This document shows, piece by piece, positions 20,732 to 31,112 of a stretch of 64,000 bases of DNA. The stretch spans positions 905 through 64,904 of the forward strand of contig JBAVRP010000030.1 in assembly GCA_049695115.1 (NCBI GenBank), in the 5' to 3' direction. Each line of letters starts with the position of its first letter. Within the stretch, counting starts at the first letter, position 1. This DNA is from Burkholderiales bacterium. Lineage in GTDB: Bacteria; Pseudomonadota; Gammaproteobacteria; Burkholderiales; JBEEJL01. Both the position numbers and the translations under genes were made by a program. The notes beneath the pieces are model-generated. The model worked only from the letters and a program-made list of their open reading frames with translations. It did no database searches and was not told the DNA's origin.

Positions 20732-21706
20732 TTATTTATCCAGGAATTGTTCAATGATTTCGGCGAGAGCTTCCGGTTGGTCATGGTGCAACATGTGACC
20801 GGCATTTTTGATAATAGCTTCGGAATAATATTTCATAGGCTTTTTACGCAACGCAAAAGTAGCGTCGTCTTCTTTAATCCACTTTGCGATCAGATCCGTT
20901 TCATCGGCGATCACCCATAGCGTGGGTGCGGTGATCGCGTCCCAGCAGGCAAAGGCTTCTTCGATGCGATATAAAATCGGATTGCTGGTTTTGTGGCGCG
21001 GGTCGCTATTCAATACTACGTCGCCATTGGTTAGCGCATGCGACCAATGCCGCGCCAAAAACGCGGCCTTGTCATCGGGCAAGCGCGGGTTAGTTTTTTG
21101 CAAGCGCTGTGCGACTTCTGTGAAATTTTTATACGGCCTGAAACTTTGCGTCTCGCGCAATTCATCCAGCCATTTGGTGTATCGCCCGGGCGCTTTGTCC
21201 GGCGCGGTGCGGGGCAAACCGAAGCCTTCCAGTGCGATAAGCTTTTTTACTTTCTCCGGCCGCGCGCCGGCGTACAAACCGGCCACGTTGCCGCCCATGC
21301 TATGACCAATCAAATTCACAGGTTCGTTCGGCGAATAGTGATGGAGTATCGCGTCCATATCGCCGATGTAATCGGGAAAATAATAACCGTCCTGCGGCCA
21401 TTCGCTCAGGCCGAAGCCGCGCCAATCGGGGGCAATGACATGCCAATCTTGCTTGAACGCATCGACCAGAAATTGAAACGACGCGCCGACATCCATCCAG
21501 CCGTGGAATAAAAATAATTTTGGCAGCGTGGCATCGCCCCACAAATGGACGTGATAGCGCAGCCCGCGGACGGCAATAAATTCCGAATGTGCAATTTTCT
21601 CTGGAAGATAAATGGCGGGCAAAGGCAGGTCCACTTCAGGCAGCGCTTTTGGCAATTTGAAAACCCGTACGAGGGAAATGCACGACGACGGTTCCGGCGC
21701 GCTCAT
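20732..21706 (-). CDS. alpha/beta hydrolase
   Basis: HGWMD oxyanion motif and GHSMGG nucleophile elbow. The ATG at 21706 overlaps the upstream gene by 71 nt; an alternative GTG at 21634 lies 1 nt after the upstream stop. Confidence 0.8.
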   Translation of the reverse strand: MSAPEPSSCISLVRVFKLPKALPEVDLPLPAIYLPEKIAHSEFIAVRGLRYHVHLWGDATLPKLFLFHGWMDVGASFQFLVDAFKQDWHVIAPDWRGFGLSEWPQDGYYFPDYIGDMDAILHHYSPNEPVNLIGHSMGGNVAGLYAGARPEKVKKLIALEGFGLPRTAPDKAPGRYTKWLDELRETQSFRPYKNFTEVAQRLQKTNPRLPDDKAAFLARHWSHALTNGDVVLNSDPRHKTSNPILYRIEEAFACWDAITAPTLWVIADETDLIAKWIKEDDATFALRKKPMKYYSEAIIKNAGHMLHHDQPEALAEIIEQFLDK

Positions 21707-22574
21707 CCGTGCGGCGAATCGCGATTTCGTCCGGTTGCGCGAGCACGAGATCCCCGGCAGTTGGGTCCTGGCCGTAGTCGGCTGGCATGATGGAAACTCT
21801 GTCGCCGATGGCTATTCCTTCCGGCAATTCCATCGCCCCGACAACATCGCCCATCGGCACGGCATTTTTCGCCACTGTGATGGCAGCGGCGCTGGACATT
21901 TCGTGCGACTCGCCGTGACCGAAGGCTTTGATGCGGTCGAGCCAATCATGCACGCGCGGATAGCGGTCGAGAATATCCGCCATCGGGCCGGCGCGCAAAA
22001 TAAACCACAGACCGTGATAAAAAGAAAAATCAGCGATGCTTGGACCATCCCCCACGATAAATTTTGCGCCGGTTTCAAATTGTGTTTCCATTTGCCTTAA
22101 TGTGCTAAGTAAAAATGCTCGCGCCTGGCTGGCATCTGGCCGAACCGTCGGTCCTTTGCGGAATGCTGCGCGATCTTCGCGAAATGCTGTCATTTCAGTT
22201 TCATTCAAATGCGCGAATAAAGTTTTCGCGCCAGTCGGTTGCGACGCATGCACGACCCCCGCCATAAACACATGCAAATCGGCCCACGCTGCGGCCGCAC
22301 TCGCTGCCATTTTGTGTTTCGCGGGGAAAAGTGTCGGGCTATTTTTTATTTCTTCCAACACGCGCGCTATGAGTACGGTGTCGCAATAAATATCCGCGCC
22401 GACTTGCAGAATCGGTGTTCTACGATAACCGCCAGTGAGCGCGATGACATCGGGCTTGGGCATGATCGACGGAATGATTATGCTGTTCCACTGCAATTTT
22501 TTATAGCCCATGATGAGGCGGATTTTTTCCGCGAAGGGTGACATGGGGTAGTGATGAAGTATGATTTCAGTCAT
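21636..22574 (-). CDS. glutathione S-transferase family protein (long form)
   Basis: 312 aa. GST N-domain (ILHHYPMSPFAEKIRL, RRTPILQVGADIYCDT). Confidence 0.75.
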   Translation of the reverse strand: MTEIILHHYPMSPFAEKIRLIMGYKKLQWNSIIIPSIMPKPDVIALTGGYRRTPILQVGADIYCDTVLIARVLEEIKNSPTLFPAKHKMAASAAAAWADLHVFMAGVVHASQPTGAKTLFAHLNETEMTAFREDRAAFRKGPTVRPDASQARAFLLSTLRQMETQFETGAKFIVGDGPSIADFSFYHGLWFILRAGPMADILDRYPRVHDWLDRIKAFGHGESHEMSSAAAITVAKNAVPMGDVVGAMELPEGIAIGDRVSIMPADYGQDPTAGDLVLAQPDEIAIRRTDERAGTVVVHFPRTGFQIAKSAA

Positions 22575-22615
22575 GCTTGTGGCTGTGTTATACGTTATTG
22601 ATTATATTTACTTTT

Positions 22616-23404
22616 TTAGCAAAGCAAATCGGGCTGCTCTTTGATGATTCTATTCCATAGCGGCTGAAACTGAAACCAACCGGCGAAGTGCGAACCGACT
22701 TGCGAGCAAGTCAGCGATGCGCTTTTATCGTCGATTAAAATCGGTTTACCCGCTGCCTCCGCCAACAGCTGTGCCTGGCATGAACGCTCCATGGTGATAA
22801 ACCACCACGCCGCTTCATCGACCGTGTGACCGACGGTGAGCAACCCGTGGTTTTGCAATATAACCGCTTTGTTCGGGCCTAATACTTTACCGATACGCGC
22901 GCCCTCGCTGGTGTCGAGCACCACGCCAGTATAGTCATTGAACAGCGCGTGGCTTTTGTAAAATGCACAGGCATCCTGCGTCAGTGGATCGAGCAAACGG
23001 CCCAGCGTTGACCAGGTTTTTCCGTAAAGCGAGTGCGAGTGCGCCGCCGCGACGCAATCGGGCCGCGCCGCGTGTACCTGTGAATGGATAGCGAAGGCGG
23101 CGGTGTTCACGGGTTGTCTGCCACTAACCACCTCGCCGGTGTGCGACACGCGGATCAGGTCCGATGCTTTGATCTGGGAAAAATGCATGCCGAACGGGTT
23201 GACCCAGAAGGTGTCGGTGAACTCTGGATCGCGCGCGGTAATGTGCCCCGCGACACCTTCGTCAAACCCAAATTTGGAAAACAGGCGGAATGCGCCGGCT
23301 AGCTTCTGTTTGCGCTGCTGGCGCTCTTCATCCATGCTGGCGAAAACTTGCGGCTGGGGCAAATTCATTCCCAGTTGCGGCGGAAGCGTGACGTTATCGT
23401 TCAT
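22616..23404 (-). CDS. class II aldolase/adducin family protein
   Basis: 262 aa. AAHSHSLYG and ILQNHGLLTVG metal-binding His motifs. Confidence 0.85.
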   Translation of the reverse strand: MNDNVTLPPQLGMNLPQPQVFASMDEERQQRKQKLAGAFRLFSKFGFDEGVAGHITARDPEFTDTFWVNPFGMHFSQIKASDLIRVSHTGEVVSGRQPVNTAAFAIHSQVHAARPDCVAAAHSHSLYGKTWSTLGRLLDPLTQDACAFYKSHALFNDYTGVVLDTSEGARIGKVLGPNKAVILQNHGLLTVGHTVDEAAWWFITMERSCQAQLLAEAAGKPILIDDKSASLTCSQVGSHFAGWFQFQPLWNRIIKEQPDLLC

Positions 23405-23417
23405 GGCATTCTCCTAA

Positions 23418-24464
23418 TTAAACAGTGGCAACCGGCGTCACCGGTGACCCAACCGCGCCGGGCAAACACAACGGTGGCGCGGTTAACAAAAAACGGCTGC
23501 GCTTATTATTGCGTAACCATGCGGCCAAATGTTTCAACCACCACAGCTCCGCCAGCGGCACGCCGAGTTTAAACAGACAATGCTGATGCAGCGGCAGCAA
23601 CGGCGCTTTGCCCGGGCGCAGCGGTGGATTCGCCGGATAATGCTCCACCGCATAATTATCCGCGCAAATCGCCGCGATGCCTATATCGCTAATCCATTGC
23701 AGTAATTTCTCGTCGCGCCCATCAAGGCCGAGGCCGTTGGCCTTCACCGTGCCTTTGTCCGGCTGTCGATTCATTTGCATAATCAGATGGGTGAAACCCG
23801 TGTGCAGCGCCAGCATATCGCCGGATTCAATCTCCACTTTGTCGGCTTGAATCACGCGCATCAGATCCTCGTAACCGATCGCCTTGCGCGCGTAACCAAA
23901 GTGCGCATGCAAATCGACCAACACGCCGCGACCCTGTATGGCTTTTTGCGCCATGTTCTCTATGCCTAGTGCCTTAGCACCGAACGGCCCGCCACATGCG
24001 TGGTCTCCGTCATAATCATGCGGCCCGACAATATGTTCATTCGCGCGGTAGCCGTTGTAATACACCATGTCTTCCACACCATGGCCATCCGCGTCAAAAC
24101 GCGCGCCGATATGCGCAAGACTGTCCCATTGGGTAGAGTATTGCAGCGACAGTAACACTTGGTCGTCGCACACAATATCGGTGCTACTGGCGTCGAATTT
24201 CGCCAGAGGAAAATTCATGCGCGGGCGGCCATCGTCATAATGCGTTGGCGTGATGTGCGGCGGCTTGCGGCTGGGGTTGAGCACCGAACCCCCGGGATAA
24301 TCCAGCGGCAGACTGAGACAAAACGCCAGGCCTTCGCGCACTTCCGCTACGCCTTGTTTCACCTTTTGCGGCGTGAGCAAATTCAACCGGCCCAGTTGAT
24401 CGTCGGCACCGAAGTCACCCCAGGTAGAACCTTCAGGACGGATTTTCCAGCGGGGGTTATTCAT
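23418..24464 (-). CDS. cyclase family protein (kynurenine-formamidase-like fold)
   Basis: Start set at MNNPRWKIRPEG (24464). DDQLGRLNLL. The track ORF's 53-aa N-terminal extension to 24623 is low-quality. Confidence 0.75.
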   Translation of the reverse strand: MNNPRWKIRPEGSTWGDFGADDQLGRLNLLTPQKVKQGVAEVREGLAFCLSLPLDYPGGSVLNPSRKPPHITPTHYDDGRPRMNFPLAKFDASSTDIVCDDQVLLSLQYSTQWDSLAHIGARFDADGHGVEDMVYYNGYRANEHIVGPHDYDGDHACGGPFGAKALGIENMAQKAIQGRGVLVDLHAHFGYARKAIGYEDLMRVIQADKVEIESGDMLALHTGFTHLIMQMNRQPDKGTVKANGLGLDGRDEKLLQWISDIGIAAICADNYAVEHYPANPPLRPGKAPLLPLHQHCLFKLGVPLAELWWLKHLAAWLRNNKRSRFLLTAPPLCLPGAVGSPVTPVATV

Positions 24465-24711
24465 AGTGTGTTTGAAACCTATACATAAAAAGTATCGCTT
24501 TTGGACGGGATGTTTTACGCTAGCGCTCATTATATCCGCGCTTTGCCTATCCGCGTTTACAAGTAAAGCTAATTTGGTTAGCATCGTGTAAACCAAAGCA
24601 AACCGGTAGCTTGGCAAGCTCACCCATTATCCATTTACCCGAATCAGGAACTTTCATGTCATCCGATGTTTCCCGCGCCTATATGGCCCTCCCTGGCGCA
24701 TAAGAATAATC

Positions 24712-25914
24712 ATGCTCAACGCTTATATATATTATGGATTGCGTTCGCCCATCGGCCGTCACGGCGGCAAGCTCGCCAGTGTGCGCCCGGATGATCTCGC
24801 CGCCGAAGTGATCAAAGCGCTGGTCGCGCGCTCGCAATTCAAAGCAGAACAAATCGAAGACGTGATACTCGGCTGCACCAACCAGGCCGGTGAAGACGCG
24901 CGCAACGTCGCGCGTCATGCCGCATTGCTGGCTGGATTGCCAACGACGGTCGGCGGCGCCACGGTCAATCGCTTGTGCGCCAGCGGATTGCAAGCCGTCA
25001 TCGACGCCGCGCGCGCCGTCAGCAGCAACGAAGGCGAACTGTATATCGCCGGCGGCACGGAGAGCATGAGCCGCGCGCCGTTCACCATGGCAAAGGCGGA
25101 ATCGGCCTACAGCCGCGAGATGAAAATTTTCGACACCACGATCGGCGCGCGCTTCCCCAATCCGAAAATTACCGCGCAGTACGGCAGCGATACCATGCCG
25201 GAAACTTCGGACAATGTAGCGAAACAATTCGATATTTCGCGTGTAGCCTCGGATATGTTCGCCGCCGCGTCGCAAGCGAAATATGCGGCAGCCAAAGCCA
25301 GCGGGTTTTTCGCTGTTGAAATACACCCCATCAGCGTTTCCACTGGCAAAAAAACGCCACCGCTGATAGTAAATGAAGACGAACATCCGCGCGCCGATTC
25401 TAACTTCGACATGTTACAAAAAATGAAGTCGTTGTTTGAAGGCGGCGTGACCACCGCAGGTAATGCATCGGGCATTAACGACGGCGCGGCGGCGCTATTC
25501 ATCGGTAACAAATCCGTCGGCGACAAAGCCGGCGTCAAACCCATAGTGAAAATATTGTCTGCAGCCTCAGCAGGCGTCGAACCACGCATTATGGGCGTCG
25601 GCCCGGCGTACGCGATCCCGAAAGCGCTGGAACGCGCCGGGCTTACACTGAAAGACATGGACATTATCGAAATAAACGAAGCCTTCGCCGCGCAAGTATT
25701 AGGCTGCCTGCATTTACTCAAAGTGGATTTCACCGACCAGCGCGTCAACCCCAACGGCGGTGCAATTGCCATCGGCCATCCGCTAGGCTGCTCCGGTGCT
25801 CGGTTAGCATTGACTGTGTCGCGCGAATTGCAACGACGCAATGGGAAATATGCTGTGATCAGTTTGTGTATTGGTGTTGGCCAGGGTTTGGCAATGGTGA
25901 TTGAGCGCGTTTAA
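24712..25914 (+). CDS. acetyl-CoA C-acyltransferase (thiolase)
   Basis: 400 aa. VNRLCASGLQA (active-site Cys), NPNGGAIAIGHPLGCSGARL, CIGVGQG. Confidence 0.93.
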   Translation: MLNAYIYYGLRSPIGRHGGKLASVRPDDLAAEVIKALVARSQFKAEQIEDVILGCTNQAGEDARNVARHAALLAGLPTTVGGATVNRLCASGLQAVIDAARAVSSNEGELYIAGGTESMSRAPFTMAKAESAYSREMKIFDTTIGARFPNPKITAQYGSDTMPETSDNVAKQFDISRVASDMFAAASQAKYAAAKASGFFAVEIHPISVSTGKKTPPLIVNEDEHPRADSNFDMLQKMKSLFEGGVTTAGNASGINDGAAALFIGNKSVGDKAGVKPIVKILSAASAGVEPRIMGVGPAYAIPKALERAGLTLKDMDIIEINEAFAAQVLGCLHLLKVDFTDQRVNPNGGAIAIGHPLGCSGARLALTVSRELQRRNGKYAVISLCIGVGQGLAMVIERV

Positions 25915-26031
25915 CTCGAAGGAAGAAAGTCCCTTCCCCTTGAAAGGGAGGGGACGCACTAAATGAATAGTAGAATGTGAAAAACCAATTTACAGCATTA
26001 CAAAAATTTTGAAATATTGCTAAATAAATTT

Positions 26032-27255
26032 ATGCCCTCTGCCCTCTCCCACCTCCGCGTCCTCGACCTCTCCCGCGTGCTCGCCGGTCCGTGGTCCTCG
26101 CAGATGCTCGCTGACATGGGTGCCGAGGTTATCAAGGTCGAGCGTCCCGGAACGGGCGACGACACGCGCGACTGGGGCCCGCCTTTCCTCAAAGATAAAA
26201 ACGGCAATGACACGCACGAATCAGCATATTTTCTCTCGGCCAATCGCGCAAAAAAATCTTTGACGCTGGATATTTCCAAACCGGAAGGCCAGGAAATTAT
26301 TCGCAGGCTCGCCGCAATTTCAGACATCGTGATCGAAAATTTCAAAGTCGATGGACTGAAGCACTACGGCCTTGATTACGCATCGCTGAAAAAAATTAAC
26401 CCGATACTGATTTTTTGTTCCATCACCGGCTTCGGCCAGACCGGGCCGTATGCGCAATATGCCGGTTACGACATCATGATCCAGGGCATGGGCGGCATGA
26501 TGAGCGTGACCGGCGAACGCGACGACAAACCCGGCGGCGGGCCTATGAGAGTCGGCGTGGCGCTGACGGACATCATGACCGGCATGTACGCGACGGTTGC
26601 CATACTCGGCGCGCTGGAATATCGCCACCGCAGCGGCGAAGGCCAATACATTGACCTCGCGCTGCTCGACACGCAGGTGGCGATGCTCGCCAACCTCTCA
26701 TCGAGCTATCTGGTGTCGGGGGAAATCCCGCAACGCATGGGTAACGCACATTCGACCATTGTCCCTTATCAGGCTTTTGAGTGCGCCGACGGTTATGTGA
26801 TTCTTGCCGTCGGCAACGATAGTCAGTTCGCGAAATTCTGCGACATCGCGCAAGCCACGGAAATTAAAAACGACCCGCGCTTCGCGACGAACAGTCAGCG
26901 GGTAAAACACCGCGACGTGCTGGTGCCGCTGCTGGAAAAAATCATCCGGCAACGCAAACGCGACGACTGGCTCGCCGCATTGGAAGCGGCCGGCGTGCCG
27001 TGCGGGCCGATCAACGATATGCAGCATGTGTTCGACAACCCGCAGGTAAAGCACCGCAATGTGCGGGTCGACGCGCCTCACCCGTTATCCGGAACCGCGC
27101 CGATGGTGGCGAACCCAATCAAATTTTCGGAGACGCCGATTGAATATCACCACAGCGCACCGACCTTAGGCCAACACACGGAAGTAATATTGCGTACACT
27201 ATTGGATATGCGCGATGACGAAATACAGGCTTTACGCGACAATAATATTATTTAA
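26032..27255 (+). CDS. CaiB/BaiF family (class III) CoA-transferase
   Basis: LSHLRVLDLSRVLAGP, IENFKVDGL and the GYDIMIQGMGG motifs. Start taken at ATG 26032; the track uses TTG 26017. Confidence 0.9.
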   Translation: MPSALSHLRVLDLSRVLAGPWSSQMLADMGAEVIKVERPGTGDDTRDWGPPFLKDKNGNDTHESAYFLSANRAKKSLTLDISKPEGQEIIRRLAAISDIVIENFKVDGLKHYGLDYASLKKINPILIFCSITGFGQTGPYAQYAGYDIMIQGMGGMMSVTGERDDKPGGGPMRVGVALTDIMTGMYATVAILGALEYRHRSGEGQYIDLALLDTQVAMLANLSSSYLVSGEIPQRMGNAHSTIVPYQAFECADGYVILAVGNDSQFAKFCDIAQATEIKNDPRFATNSQRVKHRDVLVPLLEKIIRQRKRDDWLAALEAAGVPCGPINDMQHVFDNPQVKHRNVRVDAPHPLSGTAPMVANPIKFSETPIEYHHSAPTLGQHTEVILRTLLDMRDDEIQALRDNNII

Positions 27256-27289
27256 TAAAATCAAATACTTATATTCTTAAAGGGAAAAC

Positions 27290-29443
27290 ATGAAAATCAA
27301 AACCATGTCACTCGCCATCGCAGCAGCCATTGGCATCGCTGGATGCGCATCGACAAAGCTGATGGTTGAAGAAGCCAGGCAATTTGAAGTTGTACCCTTG
27401 CAGTCATTTCAGACCAAAGTGATTTTCGAGAAAAATTACGATGGCATCAAGAATGATTTGCTCACCGGCGGTCAGGGTATCAGCGGCTTGAAAAAACCTG
27501 CGGCACCAGCCTACGCCGACCCGAAATTTCCCGACGCGGCTGAATTGCGCGTGGCGGCCATACACGCCAACTTCCGCGCACTGACCGACTCCACGCCTAA
27601 CGGCGGCTTCGGCACGTTGTACGGCCCGAATATTGATATCAGCGGTAAACCCACGCTCGGTGAAGGCTTGGTCGCGGGCGATGAATTCATCACCTACGCC
27701 GACGATGGCCTCGGCAAACAGAATGTCACGCTGATGGTGCAAGTGCCGGCGAAGTTTGATCCTAAAAACCCCTGTATCGTATCAGCCAGTTCGTCCGGTT
27801 CGCGCGGCATTTACGGCGCTATCGGCACGGCGGGTGAATGGGGCCTGAAACATAATTGTGCCGTGGCTTACACCGACAAAGGTACCGGCACCGGCGCGCA
27901 TGATGTGCAAAACGACATCGTGAACCTGATCGACGGCGAACGCGTCTCCACCTTGCGCGCGGGCGTGCAATCGAATTTCACCGCGCCCATGAACGTAGTG
28001 CAACAGGCCAAGTTCAAACAGGAAACGCCCAACCGTTTCGCTTTCAAGCATACCCACTCGAAACAAAACCCGGAAAAGGATTGGGGCAAAAACACGCTGG
28101 ACGCAATTGAATTTGCCTTCTATGTGCTGAACCAGAAAATCACAGATGGCCGCGCCGGCAAATATACGCCGCGCAATACCATCGTCATCGCGTCGAGCAT
28201 TTCCAATGGGGCAGCGGCGGCATTGCGCGGGGCAGAACAAGATACCAAGGGCTTGATTTCCGGTATCGCGGTTTCCGAGCCGCAGGTTTTCCCTGCTCTC
28301 GCGCAGCCGGTGACCATCACGCAAGGCGGTAAAACCATTTCAACACAAGGCCGCAGTTTGCTCGACTACTACACTTTGCAGAATTTATACCAGCCCTGCG
28401 CGAATTTAGCCGCGGACAACAAAACCGCGCCGTTCAACCTGACGCCGCCCAGCCTGATGCAAGGCCGCTGCGATTCGCTGAAAGAAAAAGGCCTGTTGAA
28501 ATCTTCAACACCGGCAGAGCAGGCGGCCGAAGCGCAAAAAATCATCAACGATTACGGTTTTCTGCCGGAGCAAAATCCGGTCGCGCCTTCGCATTATGCA
28601 TTCAACATACATCAATCCATCGTCGTCACTTATGCGAACTCGTATGGACGTTTCGGCGTCGAAGATAATCTTTGCGGCTTCAGTTTCGGCGCGACCGTTG
28701 CCGCCGGCAAGGATGTCGATCCGCTCACCATCGGCAACCTGCGTCCGGCTACCGGCACCGAAGCCATCTTCGCCACCAGCAGCGGCATCCCGCCCACAGG
28801 CGGCGTGAACCTGATTTACAACCTAGCCCAAGGCGGGCCAAGGGAAGATCGTTACGCCGTTTCGCCCTCGACCGGCCGCGCCGATTTGAATATCGACGGC
28901 GCAATTTGTTTGCGCAATCTCGCTACCGGCGTTGATGCGATAACGGGCGCGCCTTTGACCGGCGACGATCTGACCAAATATCAGCGCATCGCACAAGGCA
29001 TCAACGAAATAAAAGTGACCGGCAATCTGCGCGGCAAACCCACCATCATCGTCAACGGCCGTGCCGACGGCGTGGTGTCGCCGAATTTTTCCTCGCGCAG
29101 TTATTTTGCTGCCAATCAGCGCGCAGAAGGCACAGCAAGTAAATTGAAATATATCGAAGTCGCCAATGCGCAACACCTCGACGCCTTTAACGGATTCGCC
29201 GGATTCGACAGCCGCTTTGTTCCGCTGCATGTGTATTTCACCGGTGCGCTCGATGCAATGTGGAATCATTTGAAAAACGGCGCGCCCTTGCCTGCGAGCC
29301 AGGTGGTGCGCGCTGTGCCACGGCAAGTGGTGAGCGGCAAAGCGGTTGAACTGAATACATCAAACTTGCCTGCAATAGCCGCAACTGCGGGTAACGACGC
29401 TGCCATTTCTTTCGATGGTAATACTTTGCGCATCCCCGATTAA
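27290..29443 (+). CDS. probable D-(-)-3-hydroxybutyrate oligomer hydrolase family lipoprotein
   Basis: 717 aa. Lipobox IAGCAS. The size and motifs recalled for the 3HB-oligomer hydrolase family (SISNGAAAALRGAEQD) fit. The assignment is from memory, not a search. Confidence 0.6.
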   Translation: MKIKTMSLAIAAAIGIAGCASTKLMVEEARQFEVVPLQSFQTKVIFEKNYDGIKNDLLTGGQGISGLKKPAAPAYADPKFPDAAELRVAAIHANFRALTDSTPNGGFGTLYGPNIDISGKPTLGEGLVAGDEFITYADDGLGKQNVTLMVQVPAKFDPKNPCIVSASSSGSRGIYGAIGTAGEWGLKHNCAVAYTDKGTGTGAHDVQNDIVNLIDGERVSTLRAGVQSNFTAPMNVVQQAKFKQETPNRFAFKHTHSKQNPEKDWGKNTLDAIEFAFYVLNQKITDGRAGKYTPRNTIVIASSISNGAAAALRGAEQDTKGLISGIAVSEPQVFPALAQPVTITQGGKTISTQGRSLLDYYTLQNLYQPCANLAADNKTAPFNLTPPSLMQGRCDSLKEKGLLKSSTPAEQAAEAQKIINDYGFLPEQNPVAPSHYAFNIHQSIVVTYANSYGRFGVEDNLCGFSFGATVAAGKDVDPLTIGNLRPATGTEAIFATSSGIPPTGGVNLIYNLAQGGPREDRYAVSPSTGRADLNIDGAICLRNLATGVDAITGAPLTGDDLTKYQRIAQGINEIKVTGNLRGKPTIIVNGRADGVVSPNFSSRSYFAANQRAEGTASKLKYIEVANAQHLDAFNGFAGFDSRFVPLHVYFTGALDAMWNHLKNGAPLPASQVVRAVPRQVVSGKAVELNTSNLPAIAATAGNDAAISFDGNTLRIPD

Positions 29444-29461
29444 TTAATTGGAAAATAAGCC

Positions 29462-30247
29462 ATGGCCGCTACTCTCCTCGTCGAACGCCGAAACAATGTT
29501 TTGCTACTCACCATCAGCAATCCGGAAAAACGCAATGCCTTGTCGAACGAAATGTATGAAATTGGCACGCGGGAATTAAAACAGGCAGCGACAGACAACA
29601 CGATCGGCGCCGCCGTCATCACCGGCGCAGCCGGCAATTTTTGCAGTGGCGGCGATTTGACCCAAGTCGTCCAAGGCCGTTCGGCGCCAAAAGCCATTAC
29701 GGCGGAACGCATAGAACAACTGCACGCACTCATTAACGCGATCAAGCAATTTCCCAAGCCGGTTATCGCTGCAGTGGAAGGCAACGCAGCCGGCGCAGGA
29801 TTCTCGATTGTTCTGGCTTGCGACTTGATCGCGGCAGCGGAGGATGCGCGCTTCAGTATGGCCTATGTAAAAGTCGGGCTGAGCCCTGACGGGGGCGGCA
29901 CTGCGTCGCTGGCAATGAGTTTGCCGCGCCAGATTGCCAACGAACTGGCGATGGAGGGGGTAACGGTTTCCACGCCATCGCTGCATTCGCTGGGCGTTAT
30001 CAATCGCATGACCTCGCCGGGCCAGGCGCTGAACGAAGCCATGAATTGGGCACAGCAATTGGCGAAAGGCCCCCACGCCGCCATAGGCCGCATCAAGAAG
30101 CTGATGCACGCTGCCTATGGCGATGTATTCCAGGCGCAGCTCGACCGCGAGCGCGACAGTTTTGTAGAGAACCTGCATTCGCCCGATTGCGGCGACGGCA
30201 TCGCGGCGTTTTTGCAAAAACGCGCACCGGAGTTTAATAAGGCTTGA
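29462..30247 (+). CDS. enoyl-CoA hydratase/isomerase family protein
   Basis: 261 aa. Crotonase fold (FCSGGDL, AAVEGNAAGAGFS). Confidence 0.9.
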   Translation: MAATLLVERRNNVLLLTISNPEKRNALSNEMYEIGTRELKQAATDNTIGAAVITGAAGNFCSGGDLTQVVQGRSAPKAITAERIEQLHALINAIKQFPKPVIAAVEGNAAGAGFSIVLACDLIAAAEDARFSMAYVKVGLSPDGGGTASLAMSLPRQIANELAMEGVTVSTPSLHSLGVINRMTSPGQALNEAMNWAQQLAKGPHAAIGRIKKLMHAAYGDVFQAQLDRERDSFVENLHSPDCGDGIAAFLQKRAPEFNKA

Positions 30248-30248
30248 T

Positions 30249-31031
30249 TCAGTAGAGACGTATTACACCGTCATAAAGCAACTTGCATCCTGTGATCAAC
30301 AAAAAGCAGTAACAAAGCGCGTAAAACAGTTTCGGATTTACCCGCTTCACCAGCCATACGCCCAACATGATGCCGACAGGTGCCAGCGGTGCGAGTATCA
30401 GCGATGTGCTCAGGTTGCGCGCATCGAACAATCCTAACCAGAAATATGGAATCAGTTTCACTGCGTTGATGATAGTGAAAAATACCACTGTCGTCCCGAC
30501 GAACAGTCTTTTCCCCATGCGCTGTGGCAGCAGGTACACCGACAGCGGCGGCCCGCCCGCATGCGCGACAAAGCTGGTGTAACCCGACAGCGTGCCCCAA
30601 AAACTGCCGTGCGACAAAGATGGGCTCGTGCTCGCCTTAGCCGCATTCTTGCGCACCCAGGCATTCAGCACAAAAGCGATCGCGATCACGCCGAGCAATA
30701 CGCGTATCCAATTATCATTCAGCAAACGAAAGCTCAAGGCGCCGATAGCTATACCGACTATGCCCGCAGGTAAGGTGATTTGCAGATTGCGTTTATCCCA
30801 TACCCCACGATAAGCCCATACGCCGACCCAGTCCATGACGCACAAAAGCGGCAACATAATGGCAGCAGCTTGCATGGGTGAAACAGCCAAAGCCATCAGG
30901 GGCACGGTCACGATGCCCAGCCCTGCGCCAAAACCACCTTTGGAAATACCCGCAATTAAAATGGCCGGAATCGCCACTGCGTAAAATGCCCAGTCGGTGA
31001 TCAATGGAAACCTTAAAATGCAAAACGGCAT
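30249..31031 (-). CDS. TauE/SafE family sulfite/anion exporter
   Basis: 260 aa, polytopic membrane protein with the typical Gly-rich TM helices (ISKGGFGAGLGIVTVP). Confidence 0.8.
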   Translation of the reverse strand: MPFCILRFPLITDWAFYAVAIPAILIAGISKGGFGAGLGIVTVPLMALAVSPMQAAAIMLPLLCVMDWVGVWAYRGVWDKRNLQITLPAGIVGIAIGALSFRLLNDNWIRVLLGVIAIAFVLNAWVRKNAAKASTSPSLSHGSFWGTLSGYTSFVAHAGGPPLSVYLLPQRMGKRLFVGTTVVFFTIINAVKLIPYFWLGLFDARNLSTSLILAPLAPVGIMLGVWLVKRVNPKLFYALCYCFLLITGCKLLYDGVIRLY

Positions 31032-31112
31032 TGTAGCAGCAGCTGCTATTTATATTGCCACGCAAGCGTCTTTGGTTCATGATTCCGCGATCGCCAATGG
31101 GAAAAGAGAGAT